From an uncultured Eubacteriales bacterium (GTDB taxonomy: Bacteria > Acidobacteriota > Aminicenantia > Aminicenantales > Aminicenantaceae): a stretch of 64,000 nt of DNA. The DNA is taken from NCBI GenBank assembly GCA_964645765.1, contig CAZYBE010000011.1, forward strand, positions 7,897 through 71,896, read 5' to 3'. Below the pieces are notes generated by a model. The model was not told where the DNA came from and did not search any database. It was given only the letters and a program-made list of their open reading frames with translations. Positions 30,207 through 40,956 of this stretch are shown in pieces (position 1 is the first letter of the stretch; the number at the start of each line of letters is the position of its first letter). The position numbers and the translations under genes are program-made.

Positions 30207-32348
30207 TTACTTATCCTCTCGCTGTGAAATCGGAAGTCTTATGGAAAATAGGCTGCCTTTGCCGAGCTCGCTTTCAACATCGACTTTCCCCTGGTGGGCT
30301 TCGACAATTTCCCTGACCAGAGTCAGTCCCAAGCCGCTCCCTTTCACCGTTCGGGTCAATTCATCGCCTCCTCGGTAAAATCGCTCGAACACTTTGTCGA
30401 CTTCATCTTTCTTGATTCCGATGCCGAAATCTTTCACCGCAATTGTCAAATTAGGGCCTTCTCTAAACGAGCTGACAATGACCTTCTTCGATTCACCCGA
30501 ATATTTAATGGCGTTATCAATCAAGTTGGCGACGGCCTGCGTGATGGCTGTTCGATCCGTGGTGATCACGGGAAGCGGGTCCTCAATTTCGAGCTCGATA
30601 TGAAAACCTTCGTGACGGACCCTATCCTGAATGGATGAGACGACTTCATGCAGAAGCACACCGCAGTCGGTCTTTTCAAAGGCAAATTCTTTGCGGCCTT
30701 CCTCAATCTTTGCCAGATTTAAAATATTGTCCGTGAGCAGGGAAAGCCTTTCGCTTTGCTCTAATAAGACGTCATAGTACTGCTGGCGGCGCTCTTCAGA
30801 GGGCACCCGGCCTGACTGAAGCATCTCCGCCAGTTGCCGGATTGAAGTCAGAGGGCTCTTGAATTCGTGGGAGATGGTCGAAACAAAGTCTGATTTCATC
30901 CTGGCCAATTCCAGCTCATGAGAAACAGCCCGGATGGTCAGGATCAAACCGAAAACCAGAATGCCCGCAATAAGTAAGAATATATAGAAATAGAGCCCAT
31001 GGCGTGATGCCAGAAAAGTCTTCAGAAGTTGAGGGGGCGGTTGATAGAACTCGAGAGACCAGTCCGGAAAGTTGGATGCGAAATTCGCGCGGACTGTAAC
31101 CATCCCTGAAGGCAAATTTTCCGACTTCAACAAGGACTGGCCATTTCTTCCTCTCACGACCCATGCCGTTTCTTCTTTGGAGACAGACTGTTGTAGGGCC
31201 GGATTGAGAACGTTGGCCCGGAGCCAGTCTGAGTCGAGGAGGATTCCCCAGGCTTCGCCGGGTTGGCCTTCATTCTCGGCAGCCTGGTTCTCGGTTGAAA
31301 CAAGATAGGAATACTTCCCGATATCCAAGGCAAATCTTACTGGGGAATCGCTTGGTTCAGACAGGGCGCTGGAGATTTTTGCCTCTAAATCAGATGCGGC
31401 GCTTTCCTGGAACATAAGTGCCCTCTCCGTCCTCTCTCTTTTTTCCCTCTCCTCTTTCTCTAAAAGAGAGAAAGCGCTTCGGTATGACTGTGCTTTCGGG
31501 TCTGAGGGAGACTTTGAGAGGATTTCAACGATGGAATCCCTGACGCGCTTGGCAAAAATTTCATACTGCGCCTTTTCCAGAGCCCATTCCTGATCAACCA
31601 GAGATTGGTAAAGGTCCATGAATGTCTTGATGGAGCCTGAAAAGTTGGACATTTCCAAGATAAGGGAGCCAAGTTCCAAACGGGCCGCCAATCCTAACGG
31701 GATTCCCTCTGAGATAAGCACCTGGCTATAGTCTCTGGCTATTATCTCATAAGTTGTCACAGCGTCTTTGAAAAACGCCGATTTTCTCTGAATCCTGGCA
31801 ACCGCATTCAGCAGCTCTCCTTTAAGGCGATGTTCTGTTGTCTGATCCAAGGCCTGTTGATAAGCGACCAAGGCTTTTGGGTAATTTCTCTGTTGAAACT
31901 CCAGTTGCTGCGCGGATTGTATCTTTTTTGCCAGGGAAGAAGGTCGAGACAGGGGAGAGACAGGCTTCCGGCTTCCATCGGGGAGATACAAAAGTCTTGC
32001 AGCGGGAAGGCGAATAGTCTCGAATCCCTGGAAATAGAAGACCTGTTCAATTAAAGGGTTCTCGGTTTTTAGGTTTTCCAGGGAACGTAGCAAAGCGTCC
32101 CATGACATCTCCCTGCGATTGACAATAGTACTGAAGAAGGCCTGCTCGACTCTGTATATATTTCCTTCAACGTCTTTAGCAATTCGCTCGGCAATTCTCC
32201 GCTGCTCGTCAAGCCTCTCTTTCTCGAGCAACGCCCGGTCATTCTGTATGCCCCGAAAAGCCAGATATCCCAGGAGCAGACTGGGCAATCCTATACCCAG
32301 CGCAAAGAGCAACAGTATTCTTTTTCGCTTATGTATTGATACTTTCAT
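30207..32348 (-). CDS. Module 3 sensor histidine kinase with a TPR-like sensor domain
   Basis: Two TMs; ELLNAVARIQRK; ISHEFKSP; NLIDNAIKY; GSGLGL. Confidence 0.95.
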   Translation of the reverse strand: MKVSIHKRKRILLLFALGIGLPSLLLGYLAFRGIQNDRALLEKERLDEQRRIAERIAKDVEGNIYRVEQAFFSTIVNRREMSWDALLRSLENLKTENPLIEQVFYFQGFETIRLPAARLLYLPDGSRKPVSPLSRPSSLAKKIQSAQQLEFQQRNYPKALVAYQQALDQTTEHRLKGELLNAVARIQRKSAFFKDAVTTYEIIARDYSQVLISEGIPLGLAARLELGSLILEMSNFSGSIKTFMDLYQSLVDQEWALEKAQYEIFAKRVRDSIVEILSKSPSDPKAQSYRSAFSLLEKEEREKRERTERALMFQESAASDLEAKISSALSEPSDSPVRFALDIGKYSYLVSTENQAAENEGQPGEAWGILLDSDWLRANVLNPALQQSVSKEETAWVVRGRNGQSLLKSENLPSGMVTVRANFASNFPDWSLEFYQPPPQLLKTFLASRHGLYFYIFLLIAGILVFGLILTIRAVSHELELARMKSDFVSTISHEFKSPLTSIRQLAEMLQSGRVPSEERRQQYYDVLLEQSERLSLLTDNILNLAKIEEGRKEFAFEKTDCGVLLHEVVSSIQDRVRHEGFHIELEIEDPLPVITTDRTAITQAVANLIDNAIKYSGESKKVIVSSFREGPNLTIAVKDFGIGIKKDEVDKVFERFYRGGDELTRTVKGSGLGLTLVREIVEAHQGKVDVESELGKGSLFSIRLPISQREDK

Positions 32349-32600
32349 AAAATAACCAGCAGCTTTAGAAATATTTATCTACGAGAATTATTGCCAGAGC
32401 CCTAGATATTTCTCTTTCACTTCCAAAAGCTTTTCTAATCTTAAAGAACCTTTCAGCCAAAAACAAGGTGCTCTTGAGAACGCGCAGTTTATATCACTTA
32501 TTTACACTGTTTAAAATAATTGATTAGGGCTGCATATAGAAATATGAGCTCATTTATCGCCTTCTTCCCAGAAACATACAGAATTAAAATTTTTCCTTAA

Positions 32601-32637
32601 TGAAGATTTTGTAACTTTTGTGTGAAGATTATGTGAA
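32601..32637. promoter_or_regulatory. Module-3 box upstream of kinase 3
   Basis: tgaagattttgtaacttttgtgtgaagattatgtgaa, matches 29482-29518. Confidence 0.7.
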
Positions 32638-32651
32638 GAAGAAAAGGATTT

Positions 32652-32924
32652 TTATCTCAATGAAAAATAGATTTCTTTCCTGTGGCCTATTCTTACAATA
32701 ATAATTATAAGTTGCTTCTCTTTCTTCTTGAATATAACCCCATAGTTTCCAACTCTCAATCTGTAAAAGTCTTCTTTTGTCCCACTTAGCTTCTTTATAT
32801 TATTCTTGAGAACCTCAGGATTCTTTGCAAGTATAAGCAATTTTTCTTTTATAATTTTTTGATGAGCTCTGTCTATATTTTTTAGGTCATCCAGAGCTTT
32901 TCCGAGAAATTTGAGTTTATACAT
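32652..32924 (-). CDS. RelE/ParE-family toxin
   Basis: MYKLKFLGKALDDLK...IKKLSG..YRLRVGNYGVIF...IVRIGHRKEIY; ATG 2 nt after the antitoxin stop. Confidence 0.85.
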   Translation of the reverse strand: MYKLKFLGKALDDLKNIDRAHQKIIKEKLLILAKNPEVLKNNIKKLSGTKEDFYRLRVGNYGVIFKKKEKQLIIIIVRIGHRKEIYFSLR

Positions 32925-32926
32925 CT

Positions 32927-33151
32927 CTAGATGCCCAGATCTTTCCAAACCTCCCCTGCATCAATTAACTTATCTCGACCTTCTTCCAAGTCCTTCATTC
33001 TTTTTTTTGCCAGTTTTAGATCAAGAAGATCAAAGTACACAGTAAGAGATTTTTCTATTATTTTGCTTTTTTTCTCTCCCAGTTCCTTTGCCACAGTGTC
33101 AAGTTCCTTTGAAACCTCTTCGTCCAGTGTTATGTTATGCCTTATCTGCAT
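32927..33151 (-). CDS. Ribbon-helix-helix type antitoxin
   Basis: MQIRHNITLDEEVSKELD...KSKIIEKSL; acidic C-terminus LIDAGEVWKDLGI; SD ggagg. Confidence 0.8.
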   Translation of the reverse strand: MQIRHNITLDEEVSKELDTVAKELGEKKSKIIEKSLTVYFDLLDLKLAKKRMKDLEEGRDKLIDAGEVWKDLGI

Positions 33152-33178
33152 GCCGCACCTCCCCAGATAAAATAAATT

Positions 33179-33201
33179 TGTGCACATATTATACACATAT
33201 T
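33179..33201 (-). promoter_or_regulatory. TA promoter/operator
   Basis: Minus-strand TATAAT at 33188-33193, TGTGCACA palindrome and a cacatatt repeat. Confidence 0.4.
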
Positions 33202-33402
33202 TTGTGGAAAATCAATAGGAAATTGAAACCCACATGGTAAGGTCTCGACATTCAGGATTGTAGGATTAATGGATCGTTTTAATAGATTAGCAATTTAAAC
33301 TAGACAAGAAGAGGGCTGATCCAAGCAGAAGATCAACCCCCAAGCCATTCATCCTATTTTTTTCTCTTTATCAACTACAAATAAGTTATTTCGCTAATTA
33401 TT

Positions 33403-35553
33403 TCAGTCTTTTTCTTCTCTCGAGGGCAGGAAATTTTCCATCACCCAGATTTCCGGCCCTTTGTCAGTCGGTCCATGAGAAGTAAAGGCAATCTGTCGAC
33501 CGTCGGGATGAGGGCTTATGGTGGAGGGCCCGGTCATGGATATTCCCATTTTTTGAGGCTGCCCGCCAATGAAAGGCACACGCCACAACTCCCAGAGATT
33601 CTCTCCACTCTGGATCCTGGGGTAGATGACAAATCGTCCGTCGGCGCTCCATCGCGTATTAACCATGGCGTTTCTACTATTCTCGAACCGGCACAGCTCC
33701 CGTGGCTCCCCGCCTTGGGCCGGGATGATCTTGATGACTCTCTCATATTTCTCGGTTGGAGATTTAATAGGCTGTTCGATTACGGCCAGCCATTTTTTGT
33801 CCGGAGAGATTGTGAGCATCGGATTTTTTTCCAGGTCGAGTTGGTGTATCTTTTCGGATTGGCCTGTTTCAAGGTTTTGATAGATGATAGGACAAACGGA
33901 ATTGACCAGGTCATAGTGGAGATAGAAGAGAGCCTTCCCATCATCGGACCACTCGGGAGATAAAAAGAATCCTTCCCTCGCCATCGCCGGGCCTTTGCTC
34001 TGCGTCTGCGCGATAGTCGTAACTTCTCCGGTATTCGCGTCAAGTCTGGTGAGCCCTACGCGCTTCTCTTGATCCATTCCAGACACCAGGATTGACGAAC
34101 AACCGGGCGCCCAGCGCAGATCATAAACATGCCGATTGAGCGGGAAAACCCTTTCACGGCCCTCTTCGAGCGAGCGAACACAGAGAAAGTTGGGGGCCTG
34201 GAGATAGTTTATGGAAGCTCGGGGTAATGAACTCCTGACAAACGCGACCTGTTTACCGTCGGGTGAAAATTCCGGATTGGAATTGCGACCCTCAAAAGGC
34301 AAAAACATTTTTTTGACCGGACCATTGCTAAGGCATGTCTCAGGATTTACAGCGGCGACGAAAATGCTCTGAATACCACTCGAAGAGGCGTAATAGAAGT
34401 CTCCGTTTTGCGTGACACCCATGGGATCAACATAACCGAGATTTCTTTGGACTATTTCCGGTTCACCATTGGGCCGTCCGTCGGATACGGGGAGGATCCA
34501 AGCATCAAAGGTTCCCGTGCGGTCACTCGCAAACATAAGATATTTTCCGTTCGGGGTCCAGCCGAGCAAATAATCGTTGGCAGGATGCTCGATCAAAGGG
34601 ACCTCGGTTTTCCCATCAATCGAGAGCAGATAGATATCACTATCTGGTCCCTCTTTGTATTGAAAATTGAAGGCAATGTACTTCCCGTCTGGGGAAAATC
34701 TCATTTTGCCATCGCTCCATTCCCTCTTCTTAAGAGTTTTGATGGAGCCATCGGCAACTGATACAAGTGAAACAAGACAGTCGCTCTTTGTATAGATTAC
34801 GGCTAGAATGTGTTTCCCGTCTGGAGACCAATCTGAGAGGCTAATACATGGATAAGATTCAGTCAGAATTCTGGGTTTTGAACCGTCGAGTCCGATAATT
34901 CTCAGGTCGTTCTTTCCGTCTTTGTTCCACCAGCCGTAGGCAATCTTCGTTCCGTCAGGAGACCACCGGGAATTTTCGGGCCAACTTTTGTCCTCCCAGT
35001 TCTTTTTGTCCGTGAGCGACCATTTCTTTTGAGTGGCGATTTCGTAGACGGCAAGGTTGCCCGTGTCCCAGTCTGTGTAGGAGATATAACGCCCGTCAGG
35101 GGAAGGGGCCCCCATCACTTCCACGTCCGGCCCTTCCCAAACCAACCGCAGATTTTTCCCTCTATCACCTTGTTCAACAAAAGACTGAGCTTGGACAAGG
35201 TTGGACAGCTTTTCCTGCGCCATCCTCACAATGTCCCTCTGGCCGGGATAATCGCTGATCACCTTTTGGAAAGCTTCTTGAGCTTGTTTCGCCTTTTCTT
35301 TCCCCAACTTTTCGTAGCAGGTTCCAATGCGGAACTGGGCTTTGGCCGCCAGAGATTCATCCTTTGTTTCATCAACAACCTTCTGATAGAGAGAAATCGC
35401 TTCTTCCAGATTTCCCTCCCCGCGCTCTTTGGCAAGTGCTTTTTGGAATAAGTCGTAAGCGCTTTGGGTTGATAAGCTCGCAAAGCTGAGAGGCAAGAAA
35501 AAGAGAACTGCGATCAAGATTGAAGATTTTTTCAGAATTGAATATTTCTTCAT
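33403..35553 (-). CDS. Module 4: secreted TPR + TolB/PD40 beta-propeller protein
   Basis: Signal peptide; AAKAQFRIGTCYEKLG; PD40 repeats; IWVMENFLP. Confidence 0.9.
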   Translation of the reverse strand: MKKYSILKKSSILIAVLFFLPLSFASLSTQSAYDLFQKALAKERGEGNLEEAISLYQKVVDETKDESLAAKAQFRIGTCYEKLGKEKAKQAQEAFQKVISDYPGQRDIVRMAQEKLSNLVQAQSFVEQGDRGKNLRLVWEGPDVEVMGAPSPDGRYISYTDWDTGNLAVYEIATQKKWSLTDKKNWEDKSWPENSRWSPDGTKIAYGWWNKDGKNDLRIIGLDGSKPRILTESYPCISLSDWSPDGKHILAVIYTKSDCLVSLVSVADGSIKTLKKREWSDGKMRFSPDGKYIAFNFQYKEGPDSDIYLLSIDGKTEVPLIEHPANDYLLGWTPNGKYLMFASDRTGTFDAWILPVSDGRPNGEPEIVQRNLGYVDPMGVTQNGDFYYASSSGIQSIFVAAVNPETCLSNGPVKKMFLPFEGRNSNPEFSPDGKQVAFVRSSLPRASINYLQAPNFLCVRSLEEGRERVFPLNRHVYDLRWAPGCSSILVSGMDQEKRVGLTRLDANTGEVTTIAQTQSKGPAMAREGFFLSPEWSDDGKALFYLHYDLVNSVCPIIYQNLETGQSEKIHQLDLEKNPMLTISPDKKWLAVIEQPIKSPTEKYERVIKIIPAQGGEPRELCRFENSRNAMVNTRWSADGRFVIYPRIQSGENLWELWRVPFIGGQPQKMGISMTGPSTISPHPDGRQIAFTSHGPTDKGPEIWVMENFLPSREEKD

Positions 35554-35670
35554 TCCTATCCTCCTTTGACTTTAATTAATTCAACCCTCAATTTAGCGCT
35601 CTCGGCTTAGGAATGTGTCATGATGATGTCTCAAAACTGTAATTTTTTTGTAAAAATAGCTTCAGAAAAT

Positions 35671-35698
35671 TGTCTTCTTTTTGTCATGAAAATGTCAT
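35671..35698. promoter_or_regulatory. Module-4 box upstream of propeller 4
   Basis: ttgtcatgaaaatgtcat (35681-35698) is identical to 38401-38418; TGTC at an 11-bp period; second set at 35616-35640. Confidence 0.75.
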
Positions 35699-36387
35699 TT
35701 ATCGAGGATAAGCTTGTAGCCGACGCCATGAATTGTGATCAAGTATTGCGGGTTGGCTGGGTCATCTTCAAGCTTGTTTCGAAGCAAAGCGATGTGATTG
35801 TCCACAGTCCGAGTTGTCGGATATTGGTCATAGCCCCACACTTCATCGAGAAGCTCTTCGCGTGTGACCACTTCGCCCGCGCGTGCAGCCAAGAGGCGAA
35901 GCACACCAAATTCCTTGCGCGACATGTTTATTGCCTTGCCGGCTTTCTGCGCCTCGAACTTCCTGAAATCGACGAACACCTTGCCGAAATGCAGCTCTTC
36001 CGGAAGATTCCCGGCCTTGGATTTCTGCATGCGTCTTAAAATGGCACGGATTCTTGCCATCAACTCAGGAACTGAAAAAGGCTTTGTGACATAATCATCA
36101 GCTCCAAGGTCAAGCCCGAGCACACGGTCCACTTCCTCACCCCTGGCAGTCAACATTAAGATCGGCGTGACGATGCCCTCATCACGCATCTTACGGCAAA
36201 GCTCATAGCCGCTCATTTTAGGCAGCATCAAATCCAGAATAATCAAGTCGGGCTTTTTCTCTCGAATTAAACAGTAGCCCTGCTCCCCGTCTGTAGCGGT
36301 TAAAACCTCATACTTTTCATACTCCAGGTTATCCTTGAGTCCGCGGAGTATCGCCTGATCATCCTCGATGATGAGGATCCGTTTCAT
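35695..36387 (-). CDS. Module 4 OmpR-family response regulator
   Basis: LIILDLMLP, GADDYVTKPF, RTVDNHIALLRNK. Confidence 0.95.
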   Translation of the reverse strand: MKRILIIEDDQAILRGLKDNLEYEKYEVLTATDGEQGYCLIREKKPDLIILDLMLPKMSGYELCRKMRDEGIVTPILMLTARGEEVDRVLGLDLGADDYVTKPFSVPELMARIRAILRRMQKSKAGNLPEELHFGKVFVDFRKFEAQKAGKAINMSRKEFGVLRLLAARAGEVVTREELLDEVWGYDQYPTTRTVDNHIALLRNKLEDDPANPQYLITIHGVGYKLILDK

Positions 36388-38351
36388 AACTCCTTCTCCA
36401 GGGGAAGGTAAATGGAAAATGTGCTCCCTTTTCCAGGTGTACTTTCCACCTCGATATATCCTCTGTGAGCTTTAACAATATGGGAAACAAGGGCAAGACC
36501 AAGGCCAGTTCCGGGAAGGCGCTTGTTCTCCTCAGAAGGGATTCGGTAGAACTTTTCAAAAATCCGCTCTTTTTCCCGCGGATCAATTCCCACACCCCGG
36601 TCAACAACCTGAATCAGGGCATGGCCGTCCTTTCTTTGAAGCCGCAACTCGATTTCCCGGGACTCACCCGAGTACTTCATGGCATTGTGGAGGAGGTTCA
36701 AAATTGCCTGTTCGATCGCATCTCGATCCACTCGAACTTCGGGCAAGCCTTCATCTGCCTGGACATGAAGCTTGAAGCCCTGTTTACTCAGGGGATATTC
36801 CATGGCTCGCGCAGCTCCCTGGATAATTTCGGAGAGAGAAGCTGTTTCAGGCCTGTAAATCCTTTTCCCTTGCTCGATCTTGGAGAAGTCGAGCACGTTG
36901 TTTAAAAGCCGTGTCAGGCGCTCGCTCTCGTTAACAATCGTGTCCAGGTATTCTCTCTGCGTCTTGGGATCCTTTGAGCGGCCCAAACGCAGCGTTTCAG
37001 CGAACATCCGGATGGCTGTAAGCGGTGTCTTTAGCTCATGGGAGACACTGGAAACAAATTGGGAGCGCATCTCAGCCATCTGGACTTCGCGGCGCACGTC
37101 TCTCCAGAGGAGATAGGCTCCGAACAGAGTCACGCTCAAGACTAAAAGCAGAGCGAGCAAATAAAAAGCAGGTTGAACGCTCCATTGCTTAGATAGCACT
37201 GACAATTCGCCGGCCTCGAAAGCGATTTTCAAACCCCGGAAATTCGGACCTAGGAATTTTCCTTCGGAAGCTTCATCTCGGATAAAGCGGATTTCTCCAG
37301 GGTAAGTTTTTAGAAAGCCGCTGTCTGATTTGAGTGAAGCGAGGATATCCCCAGCTTCAACAACAATGACCAAAGGATTTGTTCCAGCCGGAGGCGAAGC
37401 CAGACTGATTAGCCACGGACCTTCACCATAAGGGACCCAGATGGATTCATTTTTCTGACTTTCCTGATTCGTAAACAAGGGCAAGGTTTGGAAATCTCTT
37501 TGGAGCGCCAAAGATTGTTCCATCTTTCGGATATAATCCAGAATCTGCTGATTATATTTATGTGCAGCATCTTTAACGGACGGTTCGGGGGTGTTGATTA
37601 ATTTTTCTGCTAAATCTTTAAGCAGATAGGCTTCAGCAGGAGAAAGCCACCGCTTCGCTTCAATTTCTGCGCTGATAGCTTCTGCGATTTCCTCAAAGCC
37701 CGTACCAGCTTCAAGAAGCGGCCCTGCGGCATATAAGCAGAAGGGAATTCCATACTCATCTTTTATTCTCGAAGGGAGCTTTAAAATACTATGGAAATGC
37801 TCTAAAGCTTCTTTTTTTCTATCCGTCTTCGAGAGAGCTCGCGCCAACAAAAGATGAGCGTAGCTTTTTCGAATGGGTTCTCGAGTTGCATTAATCAGCT
37901 GGCGATAGAGCTCAGCCGCACGGGTAAAATTTTTCTTTGCAAATTCCTGTTGCTCGGCATGCTGAATCTGTATTGCAAAATTAGAATCACTCAAAATTTG
38001 TCTGAATTCCGCGCTCTGTTGATTTGATTCCCACGGCAAACGCAACTTTGCTTCTTTCACCTGACCGATAAGCGCGACCTCAGGATTTATATATTCTAGG
38101 TTGCCCGGGAGTTCAGTCCAATTTATCGACACACCTGCTTCCTGTAATTTGATCTTTTCCAGGCGCATGAGTAAGACTTGGCCAAATTCTCTCGCCGCAC
38201 GCTGTCGCTCATCCTCCATTCGCTTCTGAGCAAGCTCCTGTTCTTGCCTTATCATACGCCAAGCAAAAATTACCAGGAGTAAGCTTGGCAAAACGACAGC
38301 GATTAAAAACAGAAAAAATTGCTTGCGATGGCTGTGCGAATTTATCGGCAT
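36384..38351 (-). CDS. Module 4 sensor histidine kinase with a TPR-like sensor domain
   Basis: Two TMs; AHLLLARALSKTDRKKEALEHF; VSHELKTP; NLLHNAMKY; GTGLGL. Confidence 0.95.
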   Translation of the reverse strand: MPINSHSHRKQFFLFLIAVVLPSLLLVIFAWRMIRQEQELAQKRMEDERQRAAREFGQVLLMRLEKIKLQEAGVSINWTELPGNLEYINPEVALIGQVKEAKLRLPWESNQQSAEFRQILSDSNFAIQIQHAEQQEFAKKNFTRAAELYRQLINATREPIRKSYAHLLLARALSKTDRKKEALEHFHSILKLPSRIKDEYGIPFCLYAAGPLLEAGTGFEEIAEAISAEIEAKRWLSPAEAYLLKDLAEKLINTPEPSVKDAAHKYNQQILDYIRKMEQSLALQRDFQTLPLFTNQESQKNESIWVPYGEGPWLISLASPPAGTNPLVIVVEAGDILASLKSDSGFLKTYPGEIRFIRDEASEGKFLGPNFRGLKIAFEAGELSVLSKQWSVQPAFYLLALLLVLSVTLFGAYLLWRDVRREVQMAEMRSQFVSSVSHELKTPLTAIRMFAETLRLGRSKDPKTQREYLDTIVNESERLTRLLNNVLDFSKIEQGKRIYRPETASLSEIIQGAARAMEYPLSKQGFKLHVQADEGLPEVRVDRDAIEQAILNLLHNAMKYSGESREIELRLQRKDGHALIQVVDRGVGIDPREKERIFEKFYRIPSEENKRLPGTGLGLALVSHIVKAHRGYIEVESTPGKGSTFSIYLPLEKEL

Positions 38352-38400
38352 GGGGTTAGCCTTTATGCGGAAGTTATCTTATTAAGAGGGATATCGAAAG

Positions 38401-38418
38401 TTGTCATGAAAATGTCAT
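38401..38418. promoter_or_regulatory. Module-4 box upstream of kinase 4
   Basis: 18-bp perfect match to 35681-35698. Confidence 0.75.
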
Positions 38419-38667
38419 GAGGCAAGCACTTGTCTACCTATTACCCTTTTTTCTTATCCATTAGTTTATAACATAGGAAATAACTGTGGTCAAACAATCT
38501 GGCTTTCTGTGAATGTTCTACTAGTCCAGTAAGATTCTTAATACGAGGGCAGATGCTTTAAGAGAGAATAATCTTGAGCCTCAGTGAGTGGCTTGATTGG
38601 TCAACGCAAAAAGTTACTTGATATCTTCGATAAGCTTCTCATAATTTTCGATGTTCTGATCTAGATT

Positions 38668-40848
38668 TTACTTTTTTTGCCTATTTTCTTCAGGCAGGAA
38701 ATTCTCCATCACCCAAATATCTACACTCAGAGTGGAGCAACAAAAGGCCATACTCTGTCCATCGGGATGAAGACTTAGATATTTCAATTGTTTCATCTCC
38801 AAGCCAAGCTCCTGTGGTTTTTCTTCGTCCAAAGAAATCTGCCATAGGCTGCATTTGTTAATGTTATCCTTGTATTTGGCGAAAACCAATCCTTTTCCAT
38901 CGGTTGTCCATGCGAATGTTGAAAAAGTTTCTTTTTTCCCAAGCGTCAAAATTTTTCTGAGTTCTCCACCAGAAGAAGGCATGACATAAAGGGTATCCAA
39001 TATGGTCTCCAAGTTCTGTCTCGTAAATGCCAGCCAATCTCCATCTGGTGAGAGAGACATGTGAAAACATCCAGACTTAAGTTCCTGTTCTCGGCCAGAT
39101 TCAATATCATAAACCTTGAGAATGGAGGGGTATTTTTCAAGGGGTTCATCATATTTTTGCACCGTATAATAGAGCTTCTTTTTATCAGGCGACCAGCTGG
39201 CCCAGAAGATTCTGATAAAATCAGGGCCGAATGTTTTCAGCTTCTTCGAATCTCCAGTTTGCACATCAATTTCAAAAATCCCAAGTTGCCCTGAAGGATC
39301 TTCTCCTGCCGCTAGGATAGATTCTCCATCTGGAGACCATTTGATAGGTTGAACAGACTTCAAGTCGAGCCTGAATTCTTTTTGTTCGTCGGTACCTTCC
39401 GACTGGATACAGAGAAACCAGACATAATCGCTTCCGAATAGCCTGGAAGACATATAGGCCAGAGACTTCCCATCCGGAGACCAATCGGGAAAGAGATTTG
39501 AACCCTCATACTTTTGCATCGCTTTTTCTGGTGAGGTCTTGAGTTTGGCTTTTTGTTTATCGTAAGTGGCCGTGTAAATATCACTCGTCCAATTTTCCTT
39601 ACTGTAATAAAAAGATCCACTTTTATCAAGACCCAGGGGATTTATCTCTCCCAATTCCTTGTGAACCAGCAGAGGATTTCCCTGGAGCTGTCCTTCTTCA
39701 ATTCCTACAATCCAAGAATCTAAGGATCCTCTCCTATTGCTGGCAAAAAAGAGCTTTTTTCCATTAGGCGATAAGTCAAGGATAAAATCATCAGCTGGAT
39801 GCTCCACCAGCTTTATGTCCTTCCCGTCTTCCAAAGAGTATAGAAAGATGTCACGTTCTGGGGAATCTTTCTTCTGGGGCAAATCATAGACTATGTACTT
39901 CCCATCAGGTGAAAGCAAGGCGTTATCTAGAGGATTAAGAGGCGTTTCAAGCTGCTTCAGCATCCGGATCGAACCATCTGCAACTTTGACCAATGCCAAC
40001 TGACCTGTCATATCGCTTTTTAAGAAGGCAGTAAGGATATGATTTCCATCCGATGCCCAGTCCAGAGGAACTACAAAAGGAAATTCCTCACTGTGCAGGA
40101 GAACGCGGGGCTTCGGTTTTGTCAGAGGAATAATGCAGATATCACATCCGCCGCCGCTGGGTAAGCCTAAACTCGACCAGCCATAGGCAATCTTTTGGCC
40201 ATCGGGAGCCCATATGGAACTCGTAGCATACTTCATTTTCTTAATCAATGACATCCTTTCTTTTGCTGAAATCTTTTCCACATCACCGAATATGAAAAAA
40301 TTATCCGTCAACCGCCTTCTCTTTTTTGTGTTCAGATCGAGAACAGCAAGGTCGCCTCCATGCCTATCTGTAAAAGCTATGTATCGGCCGTCTGGGGAAA
40401 CAGAGCTCAGATTGTTCATCCGCACATCGAGGTTTTCCCAGAGCTTCCTCATTCTGAATTGTCTGTTGCCTTTATCCGACACGGCTTGGGCTTTAATAAA
40501 AATGGCAAGTTTTTCTTTGGCCACCTTGACAGCTTCAGCCTGCTCAGGATAATTTTCGACGACTTTTTTAAAAGCTTTTTCGGCTTCTTTAAAACCTAAT
40601 TTTTCATAGCAGAGGCCGATGTGAAGTTGAGCTTTAGCCGCAACCTCACGATTATCTGGATACTGTTTCAATATTTTCTGATAAAGCTCGATGGCCTTCT
40701 GCAAATCTCCCTGAGCTTCTTCCATGTAAAGTGCTTTTTCGAAGAGCTCTCCTGCAGTCTGCTGGTATGATAAGCTATTGAATACGAAGAGAAGAAGGCA
40801 AAAGGCTGAAACAAAAAGACTGAAAACGATTTTCCTAACATTTTTCAT
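38668..40848 (-). CDS. Module 5: secreted TPR + TolB/PD40 beta-propeller protein
   Basis: SD ggagg before ATG 40848; AAKAQLHIGLCYEKLG; PD40 repeats; IWVMENFLP. Confidence 0.9.
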   Translation of the reverse strand: MKNVRKIVFSLFVSAFCLLLFVFNSLSYQQTAGELFEKALYMEEAQGDLQKAIELYQKILKQYPDNREVAAKAQLHIGLCYEKLGFKEAEKAFKKVVENYPEQAEAVKVAKEKLAIFIKAQAVSDKGNRQFRMRKLWENLDVRMNNLSSVSPDGRYIAFTDRHGGDLAVLDLNTKKRRRLTDNFFIFGDVEKISAKERMSLIKKMKYATSSIWAPDGQKIAYGWSSLGLPSGGGCDICIIPLTKPKPRVLLHSEEFPFVVPLDWASDGNHILTAFLKSDMTGQLALVKVADGSIRMLKQLETPLNPLDNALLSPDGKYIVYDLPQKKDSPERDIFLYSLEDGKDIKLVEHPADDFILDLSPNGKKLFFASNRRGSLDSWIVGIEEGQLQGNPLLVHKELGEINPLGLDKSGSFYYSKENWTSDIYTATYDKQKAKLKTSPEKAMQKYEGSNLFPDWSPDGKSLAYMSSRLFGSDYVWFLCIQSEGTDEQKEFRLDLKSVQPIKWSPDGESILAAGEDPSGQLGIFEIDVQTGDSKKLKTFGPDFIRIFWASWSPDKKKLYYTVQKYDEPLEKYPSILKVYDIESGREQELKSGCFHMSLSPDGDWLAFTRQNLETILDTLYVMPSSGGELRKILTLGKKETFSTFAWTTDGKGLVFAKYKDNINKCSLWQISLDEEKPQELGLEMKQLKYLSLHPDGQSMAFCCSTLSVDIWVMENFLPEENRQKK

Positions 40849-40956
40849 TGTATCCCTCCATTTCATAGTTTCAGCCTTAATATAATGTTTTCTTCAATGG
40901 GATGTGTTCAGGAAGTATGAAAATATAATGAAATTTCATCGCAAATGGCCCCAAAG

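Noticed and set aside
16568-40848. Annotation of the propellers as true tolB or as S9 peptidases
   Set aside because: No pal/tolQR context or TolB N-terminal domain, and no alpha/beta-hydrolase domain after the propellers.
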